Position numbers and translations under genes: made by a program | The notes under the pieces: model-generated | The model's database searches: none | The model's input: the letters and a program-made list of their open reading frames with translations, nothing else | What the model was told of the DNA's origin: nothing | Source of the DNA: Phallusia mammillata | Taxonomy: Eukaryota | Reading direction: 5' to 3' | Length of the DNA: 64,000 nucleotides | Assembly: GCA_965637545.1 (NCBI GenBank) | Contig: OZ281497.1 | Location: 17,298,001-17,362,000 of the forward strand | Shown here: positions 11,323-24,755 of the stretch, piece after piece | Layout of the letters: each line of letters opens with the position of its first letter | Position numbering within the stretch: position 1 is the first letter of the stretch

Positions 11323-14300
11323 CTACGCATCATACTTTTTATCCGATATAAAGTAGACCAAGGGAAGCAACACAACCGTCCACCAACATTTCCAAGATCT
11401 TAGGGGAGTCAAATTCAAGGTTGTTGCAGCTGACGTAGTCGTGGCAACAGTTGTTGTTGTTGTGGTTGTTGTCGTCATTGCTGCTGTCGTCGTCGTTGTT
11501 TGGGCTGCTTGCAAATAGGTCCAGTTTGTCATGTCTGTACAAAAAAAACATAGTTAACTCCATTAGTGAACGGGTATACGTGTGATTTATTCATATAAGC
11601 AGGTATATTTTTGTAGAAAATGGTGTGGAGATTGAACGTTTTGCCTACCGGTAACTTGAACAGATACAATAATGGAATCGTGTTTGATGTACGACTTCAT
11701 AGTACGCACGTTGTCTACCACCTCGAAATTCCGATTGCCCCATCCACCATTAAATTCCTGTAAAGATTTTATAGGGAAAACAAGTTAGTTCTACATAGAA
11801 AAAGCAATAAGTCATATAACTTGTTTTTATATTACCGTGGTTGGTTGTCCCCAAGGTTCCGAGTTAGTGTCTGTGAGAAAGTTTGAAACAACGTTACTTT
11901 GCTGCAGGGCGTCGGCAGTTTGATCAACGAGAGAAAGTTTGATGTATCGGTTTTGAAACGGCCACTCAAGCTGATCATCATTTACTCCTCGAGCGATGTG
12001 AAAGAACACTGACATATAAGTTGAGTCAGATGACAGGCTGTCTCCTAACGGGTAAATCTGAGGATAAAAACCCCAAAGATGCTTTTGGCCTATAATTTGT
12101 CGTTTTTAGCTATGTCTTACTAGTTGGTTCGTTGAAAAATCTTTTTAGTTGGACGGTTGTGCATTTGTAGGTCACAAGCATTTACCGTGCAAAATTAGTT
12201 TTAGCATTAGGGCACAAACCGTTCTCGAAGTCAAGAACATCGTATTACCGTGAGAACAAAAGCATATCCGTCGTCTGTATACATCAAAGGACTTCTGAAA
12301 CCGTCTCCTCTGCTGGATGTATCTAGCTTATCAGAAAAACCTTCAAGGGTGAAGAAACCAGTTTCACACGATCTGTCAATCACGTTGACGTCATCGATCG
12401 CAACAACATCAGATGTCCCTAAAAGGTTGTATTTGCAAAATTTGAATCGTTGGCTGTGTTTTTGAAAGAACTAAAAAGTTTTCATATCCAATACCAATTT
12501 ACCGTACGGAGAAGTGACTTGGTTGAATATCGTTTTAACTTTTTTAAACTCTACATATGAACATAGATATTTTGTCTATGGGTTAAACTCACAGGAGGAA
12601 ATCACCTTTTTTTCAAACTAACCTACCTGCTGTGGCTGTAAATTGGAGATGAAACTCTGATGGAGCTGACATCGTCACTCGAGCTTTCCTCCACATTTCT
12701 CCTTGGGCTCCATTTAATGTAAATATTTCACCGAGATTGCTTGAAGTAGTTGACTCCAGTGTTACACTGAAACGATGCAAACTATGTTAACAAACTGACC
12801 TTTTTTCCAAACCTTTTACATCAAAAGCATCCACACCTTAAAGTTATTGCTGCGCTTGTAGAGTGCATGTAGTATGAAAACTCCAGACACTGTTTGCTGA
12901 CAGTGGATTCCAGCAAAGGGGTTCGAACATTCACCGAAATGGGAGAAACATTTGACGACCTTGCAGCAACCAGGACGCTTCCTGTAAATTTTGCAACCAA
13001 GATTTAGAAATAAATGGCCGTATTTACAACTCAGATAACGTTTAAAACAACTGTGTTTTATGTTACTGGCGACTGTTTGGTTTAAGTTTGAAACGATAGA
13101 TCACCTGAACATCCAAAAGAAAACCCCCAAATGACTCTGAATTATGCTTACCAGTATCAGCTTGACCAAAACTTGCATCAGTTTGTGGAAGAGTAGGTGA
13201 CGTTGTGGCGACTGAGTGGCGTATCCAACCTGTGTTTTCTGCTACATACCCACATATCGAGTTGTCTTCAAAGTCGCAAAAGTACGAATACCGCTGTGTA
13301 TCGCCTAAACCATATAATGTTTTACAGTAGATTGGATTTGACATCAATACGTTGTACAGTACATCCTCACCAAAGTCGTACATCCGTTGAAGTTTTTTCA
13401 GATCCCGGAACTCATAGCTTGTCCTTTCCCGATTACACTTTGAAACGCGGGGTTAAGGGTCACTATCGATGGTGAACCATTAGTTCTAAAACATAATAAG
13501 TTCACCATAATTGTATGTTAGTGGTAATACAGTTAACTATCCAGCATCAACTTACGAGAATGCGTTTTGGGTGTAGTGCATGATTGAGTAGTAATCATAA
13601 GGAACCCGCTGATGATCAACATGGCTTACTTCGTATCTGATAAAGTTGTGCTGATTGTCTAATTCAAAAAAATGTGTGTTCACGTTAGATGACATATATT
13701 GTTTTGTTACGATTTACCTTCTGCAACATTTTCTAACTGCACTGTGACGTAATCGTCGCGGTCGGATCTGGATTGTTCGTGGAAGAGACCTAGAGCGTGC
13801 AAAATTTCATGTTGTACTATGTCTATCAACTCACAACCGCTTCCGATTGAAAGAGATTGAACACCACCTTGGCGTCCAACAAAGGAAAAACACCTGAAAA
13901 TGATAGCTTTGTGCTTAACATATTTGTTTAGTGGTATTTTCACAGTGTTACAGAAACGTTTAGGAAATATTCATGTGACATTTAATCAGTTTCATTTTTC
14001 TGTCATCTTATGGTTGAACAGCAATTAGGGCCACGTGCACAACCATTTACAACTATTTTTGACCAAATTATTACTATTGTCCATTAAGACGTGCACCTAG
14101 CCACCTACCCATCAAGTGGCGCTATAGTAATGTAGTCGGTTTCAACGGTCTGGTTGACAAAACTGAAACATGTTTTAAGCTCAAGATCTTCGATCGATTC
14201 CAAAATGGTCGCAATGGCCTGTGAAATCACCAAAAAATGTTTCAATCTCAAGATTAGAAAAGTACTTGGTATGTTTCATATGGTTACCAGAAGCGAAAGC

Positions 14301-15119
14301 TGATCAGTGAAGTGAACCGGAATAGTTTTGCTCCATCTAGCGTTCTCGTCAATAAGACCGTTTCTCGCAGTTTCCTCCAGAATATCATTGCCATGAAGAA
14401 AATTATCTAAAAAACGTTCCACACTTTTTAAAATCCTAATTAATAACCATGTGAAGCAACCAGTTCAAAATCGGCGTAAGCGTCTCTTGATATGGTGATC
14501 TAAATTAGAGTTAATATTAGGCCAATTGAATTAGCTGTTTAACAATTAAAGCTTTTGTTAGTTGATAGAGTAAATTTTTCAAATTGCGCAATGACTTTAG
14601 TTTCACAAGCCTTTGAATGGCAGTTTCGCACCTTTGTTAACTTCTGTGATTCGTCTTTTGTTACCAGCGTCGACATCAACGCGGTTGGATTTTGGCTTGT
14701 TTCCTACAGCACAACTTAAGTATTTACAAAAGATTTGGCACAAATGCTAAACTTTTTGTGATTATTGTGGTATGCCATGCTACAAAATGAGTATTCAAAA
14801 CATTTTTAATTGATTTAATGGTAGGGTCCAAGTTTTTTCCTTACGGGAGGTTTTGAGAACTCTAGTTATGGTTTATGTATAAGACATAATACTATATCGT
14901 AGGAATCTGTTTTCAAGGGATAAACTTTAATATCACCGGCCAAGTCCACTCCTCCATTATCTTCTATTCTCGGTATCAAACTTGTCTGCGGGCAAAAATA
15001 ACTTCAATACAAATCTATTTCCCAAACGAGTGAACTTAAAAGCAAGTACATACTTGAAACTGAGGCAGTTGATAAATTAGAACAAAAATAAGAAGTCTGC
15101 CATACAGATATTTCTTCAT
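11323..15119 (-). pseudogene. Meprin-like copy 2 with a single 1-nt frameshift in the last astacin exon
   Basis: All 15 exons present with intact HEILHALGLFH and SIMHY. TCC GGG ATC TGA at 13398-13409 has three G where copy 4 has four (TCC GGG GAT CTG), giving a stop before MAM. Confidence 0.75.
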
Positions 15120-15965
15120 TTTGATTTACGACTGCTATATCTATAAAAAAAACTGATTAATAATCGTTTACCCTATGTCTTTAACAACGCTAACAACATC
15201 TGAAGAAAGTGATGTGCAGGTGTAGTCTATAATAGCAATATGACCAGCCACGCCTCTTTATACCTTTTTGCGTTACAGGTACTTTCTAGCTAATCGTTTC
15301 TTTCACTAAACAATGTTTAAAACGTCCTTCCTGAACTGTATGAACATTCAAAGCTGTATGGAACGGTTCCGGGGACGTGCACTGAAGGACTCGTCTATTG
15401 TGTCTCGTTTTGTTTTTCTTGAAAACACAACAAAAGAGGATCATGTTTCTATATGACAGGTATTTGTGGACTGGTATGGGTCTTGGAAAACATGTGACAG
15501 AGAGGTTTAATATATCTCGAAATAACTTTAACCTGTGCCTCACGAAAAATATATATTCTCATGTGCCAAACGTTGTTCAAGCGCACGACAAAAGACAAAC
15601 TGATTTGTGTAATTAATAGGTTAACGCACCATCGTTCATTGCCAAAGAAACATGACTTGACCGGCCGATTATAGGCACCTAGTACGCAAAGAGTGTCGAA
15701 TATGGGTATTATTAAATCATTAAAAATTGTATGTGAATGGTTCTTTAGATTAAATGTATGATAAAACTTTTTTTAGGCGTTAACTAATCTTTAAGTACAC
15801 TTACGTATCTTGGCGTGAAACAAACAGTTACACCGGTCGGAATCTGACATACAATTTCACTTCAAGAAAATAAATGCAAACAAAACTGTAAACTAACCGG
15901 GGCAGAAACATACTGATATTTAAACACCATTTTACAATGGTAGAATGCAGTTTCGCATCATTATT

Positions 15966-16348
15966 AGTCTACGGTCGGTGACCTTTCTTCAGAGCCGGGG
16001 GTCTTTACCTCGGAGTGGGCGTATTGGAATTGTGACGTCACAAACGGGTTGTCGGAGGCTTTTAGCGCTTGGCAAACATCCGACGACACAAATCACGTGA
16101 AACGACCAATTTGCATGACGTCACGGCGATGGACGAACTTCGCTTTGAAAGTTCCTTTAAACGACGAAAGAAACTCGTTGGCCAAACACTGGGATCATAC
16201 TGTTTGTTGCCCTTGTCTGAGTTTGTCAGCGTCTTGTGCCGCGAGGTTGCGCTTAGTGAGGCTGCTTGGCGCTCCCGGACGCCGATACAGGCGATTGAAA
16301 ATGCGCTGGTTACAGCCTCAAACCCTTGACACCGGGCAAGGGTTTTAG
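15966..16348 (+). pseudogene. 5'-truncated duplicate of the 32-639 exon
   Basis: Matches 233-625 with a 9-nt in-frame deletion; ends GF-stop; no acceptor upstream; 3' flank matches 640-788. Confidence 0.8.
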
Positions 16349-19071
16349 GCTGGTTCGATCATGAAGGGTTTGTTGTTACTGGTAACTCGACCATACCAAC
16401 CCTGTTTTCGTGAAAACTGCCAAACCCTTGAAACATTTTTTTGAAGCTGTGGCCTAATTAACTTTCCACAATTGCATTTTTTTAACCTTTGTAGTTTAAA
16501 GAACTTTTGTCGAACTTGAGGTGTTTTTAGGTGAGGTTTTCATAAAAGCATGAACTTCTCATTCTATAGCTTACTACATAACTTGTTTCTAATTTGTTGT
16601 AATTTACAACCGTAACAGGAAGCAAACAAAAGCTCAACCCAGAAAACTAACAATACTTGTAGCACCAACTGCTAAGTCAGTTAATGTTATACCTAACTAA
16701 GTATCTCCATAATTTGATACACCATTATATTAGGCATTTTAGTTGTAAAGCCAAAAACAAGCGCTTAGTTCACATTCTTTCTATTTTATTTTTGATGTGA
16801 TATTTTACAATTTTTGAACTCCCGACCAGTTTCTAAACTTTGTGAAACAGTTCATATTTGGACGACAAGTTATAAGGGCAAAACATTTTAATGCTAACGT
16901 TTCTTCAGTGACAAAGATTAGTGGGAGCAAAATGGATGAACAATAATCATACATGTAGGGCCTACCTACATTGTAGGCTATTATAACTTAGTGTAGAGTG
17001 AACTAATATATCGTATGTTAATCGTAAGTACAACAGTCTGTTTATATATATATATATTATGTATTTATATGTACAGTCCAATAGTTTTGTGTTTATGCGT
17101 ATGTCCATAAAATCAGCAGAACAATTGCCGAAAGACAGTGCCAATAATTTAATTGAACTGATTTGCCTGCACGCGAATTGGTCCAGTTTGTCATGTCTGA
17201 AGATAAAACAGTAATATAAGCTATATGTTAATATAAGCTACGCATTTCGTATCGCGCAAGCGGAAAGTTTAGTACTGATTTTTGCACCTACATGTTACTT
17301 ATACAGAAATAACAACTGAGTTGTGCTTGAGGTACGACTTCATGTTGCGCACATCATTCAACTTTACAAGTGTTTGATAACCACTTCCAATATTTAACAC
17401 ATTATGGACACTTGCCTGTAACTTGCACAGAAATAATGACTGCATTGTGCTTGACGTATGACCTGAGGTGACGCACGTCATCCAACTTCACGAATGTGCG
17501 ATAGCCCAAACCAGTATTTACACTCTACAAACGTAGAACATAGGTCTACATGTTTTGTTTATTCGAAATATTTACATTTACTGTATCTGGTCTTTTCCAA
17601 TATTCCGCCGAGTCTGTGAGAAAGTTTGCAATAACGTTACTTTGCTGCAGGACGTCGGCATTTTGATCAACGAGAGAAAGTTTGATGTATCGATTTTGAA
17701 ACGGCCACTCAAGCTGGTCATCATTTACTCCTCGAGCGATGTAAAAGTACACTGACATACAGATTGATTCAGACGACAGGCTCTTTCCTAGCGGGTAAAC
17801 CTGGAAAATTAACATACACCTTAGTTTGACGGACGATTCTTGCAGATGAATTGTTTTTGTACGTAAAGAGTCAAAAAAGGAACACTAGTGATTACCGACA
17901 CCCTAAAAGCGTATCCGTCGTCTGTGTACATTACAGGACTCAGGGTTGCATCTCCTCTGTGGAACACATTGAGAATTTTCAGAAAAACCGAGTGTAAAGA
18001 AACCAGTTTCACACGACCTGTCAATCACGTTGACGTCGTCGATCGCAACCGCGTCTAAAGATCCTTGAAATAATGCGTCACAGAACTTGTTATTTTGCGA
18101 TTTGTCATTAAAGTTTTGAAACATGTAACGATTTATTGCAACCAATGCTGAACCCTTAGATAGTCATCAGCACTTACGACGTTGGCGGAGAGTGTGTGGG
18201 CGATAAACCTAAAACTATACTATTCTTTTGTTTCAATGTTTACAGCATTAATGGAATACCGACGCAACGTCAACCGGAAAACTTAGACCTCTCTAAGCAT
18301 TTATACTGAAACTCGGCTATGAATGGCTAATGGTTATCCTAGCTAATGGTTATTTACCTGACGAGGAATGGGATGAAATGATTTTGCTATCAGATTGACA
18401 TTTTAATTAAGATTGAAGTTAACTATAAAGTTTTTTTTGTGTGTATTTTTCAAAGAAAAATTTAGTATGTACTTGTGACAAACCAACCTGCTGTAGCTGC
18501 AAATTGGAGATAAAACTCAGATGGAGCTGACATCGTCACTCGAGCTTTCCTCCACATTCGTCCTTGGTCTCCATCAATTTCGAATATTTTGTTACCCATC
18601 ATATTTGATGATGGTGACACTGACACCAGTGTAACACTAAAATAAATTTTGTTGTAGAGTTTTTTAATAGCATTTAACGTGAAGTGAATTGAAATTACTT
18701 TGCTGAAATATTGTAGATAGGAAATGTTTACCAGATAAACAAAATCAGTTTTACCTTAAACTTATTGATGTACTTGTCGAGTGCAAGAAGTAGGAGAACT
18801 CAAGACACTGTTTGCTGACAGTGGACTTCAGTAGAGGGGTTCGCACAAACATGGATGAGGGCGAATAAGTTGGCGAGATGGCAACCAAAATGTTTCCTAT
18901 AAAGTTAAAATGTTTTAAATTATGTCAATTGTTGTCGCCCGGTCATTACTTTTTCTGTCAGTTATGAAAACGTTTCAACATTTAAAAGATATTGCGGGGA
19001 GTAAAGAACCTTGGCGAAGGGTATTTGGCTCTATAAATTCACTACTGTGATCAGATCTGAAGCGTCTATGC

Positions 19072-20677
19072 CAGTGGTTCTTAACCTTTTCATAACGGCC
19101 GAACCCCTACGATATTCTTCAGCCTTTGGTCGAACCCCAAAGTTACATCCTAGGTTTTGGCCCCATTTTCTTTGGTAGGTCATAATTAGTTTTTGTTCAA
19201 ACGTAGTGGCAACAGTTACTGTTTGTCATTTTGTTAAATTCTGACATAATAGTACAAGCAACTTCTTCATGATTGCTTTAATTCCGGCAATTTTTTGTTT
19301 TTACCAAAATGAAGCATTGTATTTTTAGCATCTGTACACAAACATGAAAAAGATGAAGAAATAAGTTTTTGCTGCCAACAAAATTTCGTTGCGTTTCTGC
19401 TTAGGAACAACGCGAACAATGCTCTTTGTTACGTCAAAAAAGATAATTAAAACCTTAGTGCAGGGGTGCACAACCATTTTGCTAGGTCGGCCGCATCGCA
19501 AATTCTTATTTCACCAACGGCCGCCATTTACCTATTTTATTTTTTTGTATTTACCATCTAATAGCGCCCAAAAAGCCCAGATTAATTTCTAGCTCGGTAC
19601 ACAGATTGAGCTGCACAGCGAGGAGATCAGTCTTAAGTGTTTATGATGTCATAATCTATATTGTGATGCTTGTGGTACCTGTTTTGTTCGCATTGTTGGC
19701 ACACAATAGGCGTACAAAAAGTCTGATACATATGGTTATTAGTAGGGCTGTTATCAAATAAAGGTTTTGAATTTTTCAAATAATCAAATAATTTTTTCCT
19801 TTCAAATCAAATAATCAAATAATTCAAATAATTTAAAAATCCAACAATGTAAGGCCCAGAACCGTTAAAGAATAGGGGTATTTATTAAACATAAATGCAA
19901 TGTGGTTGTGCTTTTAATCATTAAATCGATGCTAAGCCTTTTTTAATAAAAGAAATTAGTACAGACATGCACAGACATTTGGTTATTCTCCGTAATTTGG
20001 CAGAGCCATGTATTCTACACAGGTATTTTTTTCACATTATTTAACAGGTTTCTCTGGGACACTTGGTTAATTAAACTTTGGTCTTTAACATTTCAATCAC
20101 TTGCTTAAATAACCTTAAATGTAAATTTTACCAGGTGTAATTAATACCAAAATATAAGCTAAAAAGTAAAGTATCATGCTTTAGTCCAATATAATTTGGG
20201 AAAGGTTATGTAATGCTGGAAACACATGTTTCGTGCTTTTGTTTACACTCCATTTCATAAAAATGTCACCAATTTGTCAAAATAAATTGATTTTGCACCT
20301 AAATTAAGATTTACTGCATAGGAAAAAATTGTTTGATTATTTGAAATTGAGTAGAAAATTATTTGATAAATTTTTAAACAATTAAAAATTTCAAATGATC
20401 AAATAATTATTTGTTTGATAACAGCCCTAGTTATTAAGCTGGTAATACTCTTTTTAGTACCACAAAAGCTGTTTCGAGATGTTTAAAACAGCCCTGCCTA
20501 AGTTTAACCTTCCAGTGTTTTGATATCTGGCAAATACAAATTGCCATTTTTAGCGACTATAGACCCTAAAGTCAAAAACGAGTATTTGTATTGCACTTCA
20601 AAAAGACCTTCGTCGAACCCCTGATCCGGCGTTGCCGAACCCCTGGGGTTCGATCGAACCCCGGTTAAGAACCACTG
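19072..20677. mobile_element. hAT-like MITE hosting two nested MITEs (19461-20496 and 19743-20429)
   Basis: Outer TIR CAGTGGTTCTTAACC with perfect TSD GTCTATGC. Innermost TIR TAGGGCTGTTATCAAA with TSD GTTATTAG/GTTATTAA. Middle element CAGGGG..CCCTG with degenerate TSD CCTTAGTG/CCTAAGTT. Confidence 0.85.
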
Positions 20678-22371
20678 GTCTATGCAGACCAGCGATCACG
20701 GCACACTAAAAAAATCACAGTAAGCCAGACATAACGATTACAATGGGCCTGGCGTATACTGCGAAGATTTAATTGTATATATTTTGGTTTATTATCAACA
20801 AACAAAAATACCCTGTGACATTTTCACCATAGTACTGGAAATATCTACACTTAGATTTTTACCTACCTTTTCCAGTTACACCAAACGTTGCGTCAGTATG
20901 TGGAGCAGTTGATGACGTAATTTGAGATACCGAGTGACGTACCCAACCCGTGTTTTGTGGAACATACCCACAGATTAAAAGGTCTTCGAAGTCGCAAAAG
21001 TAGGAATATCGCTTTGTGTCGCCTGCAACGCCATTGTGTATATTTGACTTGTAAATCCAACGTTAAAAACTAAATTTACTATTTTACTCACCGCAGTCGT
21101 ACATTCGTCGAAGTTTTGTGAGATCCCCCGAACTCAAAGCTTGACCTGCGCCGATTACGTTTTGAAACTCGGGGTTGTGGTTTACGATGGATGGTAAACC
21201 GTTTGTTCTACATGTAATCGGTTTTTAAAGAAAGCTGTATATTCAGCAAAAAAATTCGCATACACTTACGAAAACGCTTTTGGACCATAATGCATGACCG
21301 AATAGTAATCGTACGGAACACGCTGATGATCCACCAAGTTACGGTCATACTTGTTAAATGCGTGTCGGTGTTCTAACACAAAAGTGTTACTTTTACTTTG
21401 TATGCAACAACATGTTGTTATTTTTTTACCTTCTAACACATTTTGTAACTGAACTTTTACGTAATCGTCGCGGTCGGATCTCGATTGTTCGTGGAATAGA
21501 CCGAGAGCGTGCAAAATTTCATGTTGTACTATGTCTATTCGTTCACACCCGATTCCGATTGAAATGGTTTGGGCATTGCCTTGACGACCAACATACGAAA
21601 GGCACCTTAAAAGAATAATTGTTCATTTGAACAGGAAAACCTCGTTTTCTAGGGTCACATAGCTTAAAATGCTCTTTTTTGACCCCTTTGAAGCAACTTG
21701 GTTGCCTGTATATCGACGTTATAGAAACACCATTGTGTTACACCCACCCATCAAGGGAAACCACTTCTAAGTAATCTGTTTCAGTTGATCGATTGACAAA
21801 TTTAAAGCAATTTTTCAGCTCCAGATCTTCTAATCCCTCCAAAATTGTTGCAATGGCCTGATGGATTAACAGACATGAGAATAGAATTTCAAGTAATAAT
21901 TTGAAAAAAAGTAATTAATCACCAAATAATCTTGGCAATGACCGAATACTTTACGTTTATAAGTGCAAAAATACAGGCAGAAATAGTTTGAAAAACTCTT
22001 TGCAAATATTTTGCCTTGCTGACCAGAAGCGAGAGCTGATTGGATAACTGATAGGGGATAGTTTTGCTCCATCTAGTGTTCTCGTCAATAAGACCATTTC
22101 TGGCAACGCTCTTCAAAATATCACTGCCATGGAGAAAATTGTCTAAAAACCAACAAACCAACAATCCAAGTTCAAAGAATCAATTTTGTGATAGTTGATG
22201 ATCTGATTTAGCGGTAAAATTCATTCTATGCTCTTGCTGCAGTGATTTTATTGGTATTTACTGTTTAGTGAATAGTTATAACGTATATGACAACATCGTT
22301 TTTAAGTCCAAGCAGCGGTTTTGTGGCAATGATGCAATTAAAAAAACGGAAAAGGAGTCATTGGATTAAAG

Positions 22372-23324
22372 CAGGGGCGGGCAACTTCTCCAGTCGGCGG
22401 GCCTGATATGGGAAAATGAAGTACTTGGCGGGCCGGATTCCTGAATCGATACATTAATCGCGTATTTATCCAGTGATTTAAAACGGATTTTTGACCACCT
22501 AAACCAGGGGTGGGGGACCTTTTTGTTTATAAAAGCTACCTAACGATTTATCGACACTCGTGTAGGCCTACGCCGCATAGACTATTTCCCAGGCCAAGGG
22601 CAGTGATGTTCAAACTTTTTGACTTACAGAATGGTCGTTTTGCTATTTCCTCGTAGTTTGTAGGACTTACGGTCCCAGCTAATTAAAATTCCTCACTACA
22701 TTTTCATCTTCACTACAACATTCAGGATTTATTTAACCTAGAAATTGCTGAACCTGGAGTTTTTGGTAGTCCTAACTATGGAAATCGCTTTATGTACCAC
22801 TATGGGACCACATGGGTCTTGTTTGAAAACCGCTGCCCTGGAACTAATCAAAAAATAATCTGCAATAAAGTCAAAAATACGTTTCTGTCTATTTTTTTCA
22901 GCGCCTGGTGCAGTCGGTTATATCAACATCTTAAAAATGTATTTTGCCATCGAAGGCCGCACTTAGTGCCCTGAAAGGCCGCATGTGGCCTTTAGGCCGC
23001 AGGTTCCCCACCCCTGGGCCTGAACTAGGCTATACGTGTGGAAACAAAGAAAACCGTTGAAGTAGGACACACACAAGGTTGGTAGTTATGTCGTAACAAT
23101 GGACGTATGGTGCAATGGTAACAACGGCGGGAAATGTTTTTGCTATTGGGGAGCGTTACTGTGCGTTACAACTGTAATTTGACGTAGTAAGCAAGTAATG
23201 GGGGATTGCGGCAGACTGTGGCCGCGGGCCACATTATCATGTAAGACCGGAAACTGTCCGCGGGCCGCTCAAAATCCCGTTGCGGGCCGGATCCGGCCCG
23301 CGGGCCGTATGTTGCCCACCCCTG
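22372..23324. mobile_element. hAT-like MITE (GCGGGCC subterminal repeats) with nested MITE at ~22505-23017
   Basis: CAGGGG..CCCCTG termini, perfect TSD GATTAAAG; related to 46580-47096. Confidence 0.85.
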
Positions 23325-24755
23325 GATTAAAGGATATATGTAGAAAAATAGGCCCTAGTACCCACAAAATCACTTAACTTCGCAATATCTAAACATATTT
23401 TCTCATACCCTTGTTAATTTCCGTAATTTGTCTTACGTCGTTGGAGTCGACATTATCAACAGAAACTGAACTTGATGTTTGGTTGTTTCCTGCATCAATT
23501 ATATCCATACAAACTAGGTTCAATAGAACAAATTAGTAACAAAACAGCATTGATTAATTTCTATTAATGTCACCTGTCTCAAGTATTAATACACTTGACT
23601 GTTTTAAAGTTTAGCGCTAGACTTGTAAGAAATTTGTATTGATCGTTGTTTCAGCTAAAAGCTAAGCGACAAACAATGTATATAGCTCTCAAACTATTTT
23701 CTTACATTACCTTGTCTTTTTAGTACCCAACTTGCTGCCTGTAAGTAAAATATGTTTTTTTATAAAATCACAAAAACTAAACAAACATTTTTATACCAGA
23801 CATAGCGTAAACTGATATCAACATGAACATGAAAAGTTGAAATATATGTTTTTTCATTTCAAACTTCATCTACTTTTCTGTACATTTAAATGTCTTTAGC
23901 AGTTTTGCAAATTTAAATAGAAGCCTATGTGACACAGCAACAACATTTGTACAAAAACCTGCTACTAAAAATTGTGATCGCAAACATTTTATGTTCATGT
24001 TTGCTTAGTTTGTAAAGTCGGGTTCATTCGGTATTAACTACTTTTTATAGAACTTAACTACCGTCGTGGGAGGTTAGCAGGTCTCGTCCAAACAATTAGA
24101 TTCGGTAAAGACCATGGTGGAATTTTCATGAGACATTTTTTTCCATATCAGGGCTTATTTTTTATTACTGCGCCTTTGTCTGCACATGTTCGAGTAACTA
24201 GTAAATGTAGGGAATGTCAACCAAAACAAAGTCTACATAAAAAGCTAAAATTTAACGACTTTCGTTCCAGTGATACTGGGGCAACATCAGACATATCCTA
24301 CCGTTATTTTGGAGAACGTTTAACAACTGGTGATTAATTTGTGTTGTTTAAGTTGATGACGTTACTCTTTCTCTCATGTTTTGATTTCTTGAAAATATTT
24401 ACATGTTACCTATAATTATCCAGACGCATCCACAACATTTGGCGGAAGTAAACAATCGTTACGTTTGAGAACAAGAACAGATTGCTGGTTTAACGTTTTC
24501 AAACGTTAAGACCGGATTTCTTTTTGGGAAAAGGTACATATTTTCTTCTGGGATACTAATAAACAGCAGGGTCGAAACACATGTAGGACTCATAGCCCAA
24601 CCTGCACAAAGCGATTGCTTACCATATCGACGAACTGATTACTAATGCTGCATAGTTTATTTGCTTTGTACCAGTAATGCTACGCTTCAGTTTTTTGTCT
24701 GATACAACTTTATGGGCACTTTACAGGATATATATACACAAAAGTCATTATCAAA

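Larger units (their letters stand above)
9162..15965. repeat. Segmental duplication unit B (~6.8 kb)
   Basis: Colinear with unit A; identical junction ACCATTATTAGTCTA at both ends. Confidence 0.85.
17093..23869 (-). pseudogene. Divergent meprin-like copy 3; net 2-nt frameshift just after MAM (pseudogene or truncated secreted form)
   Basis: Signal MKKHIFQLFMFMLISVYAMS; RNGLIDENTRW; HEILHALGLFH; SVMHY; full MAM. Then TAG at 17903-17905 in a shifted frame while YTDDGYAF continues in another frame. Downstream MATH exons and the final exon DMTNWTNSRAG...LSAIVLLILWTYA* are otherwise open. Confidence 0.75.
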
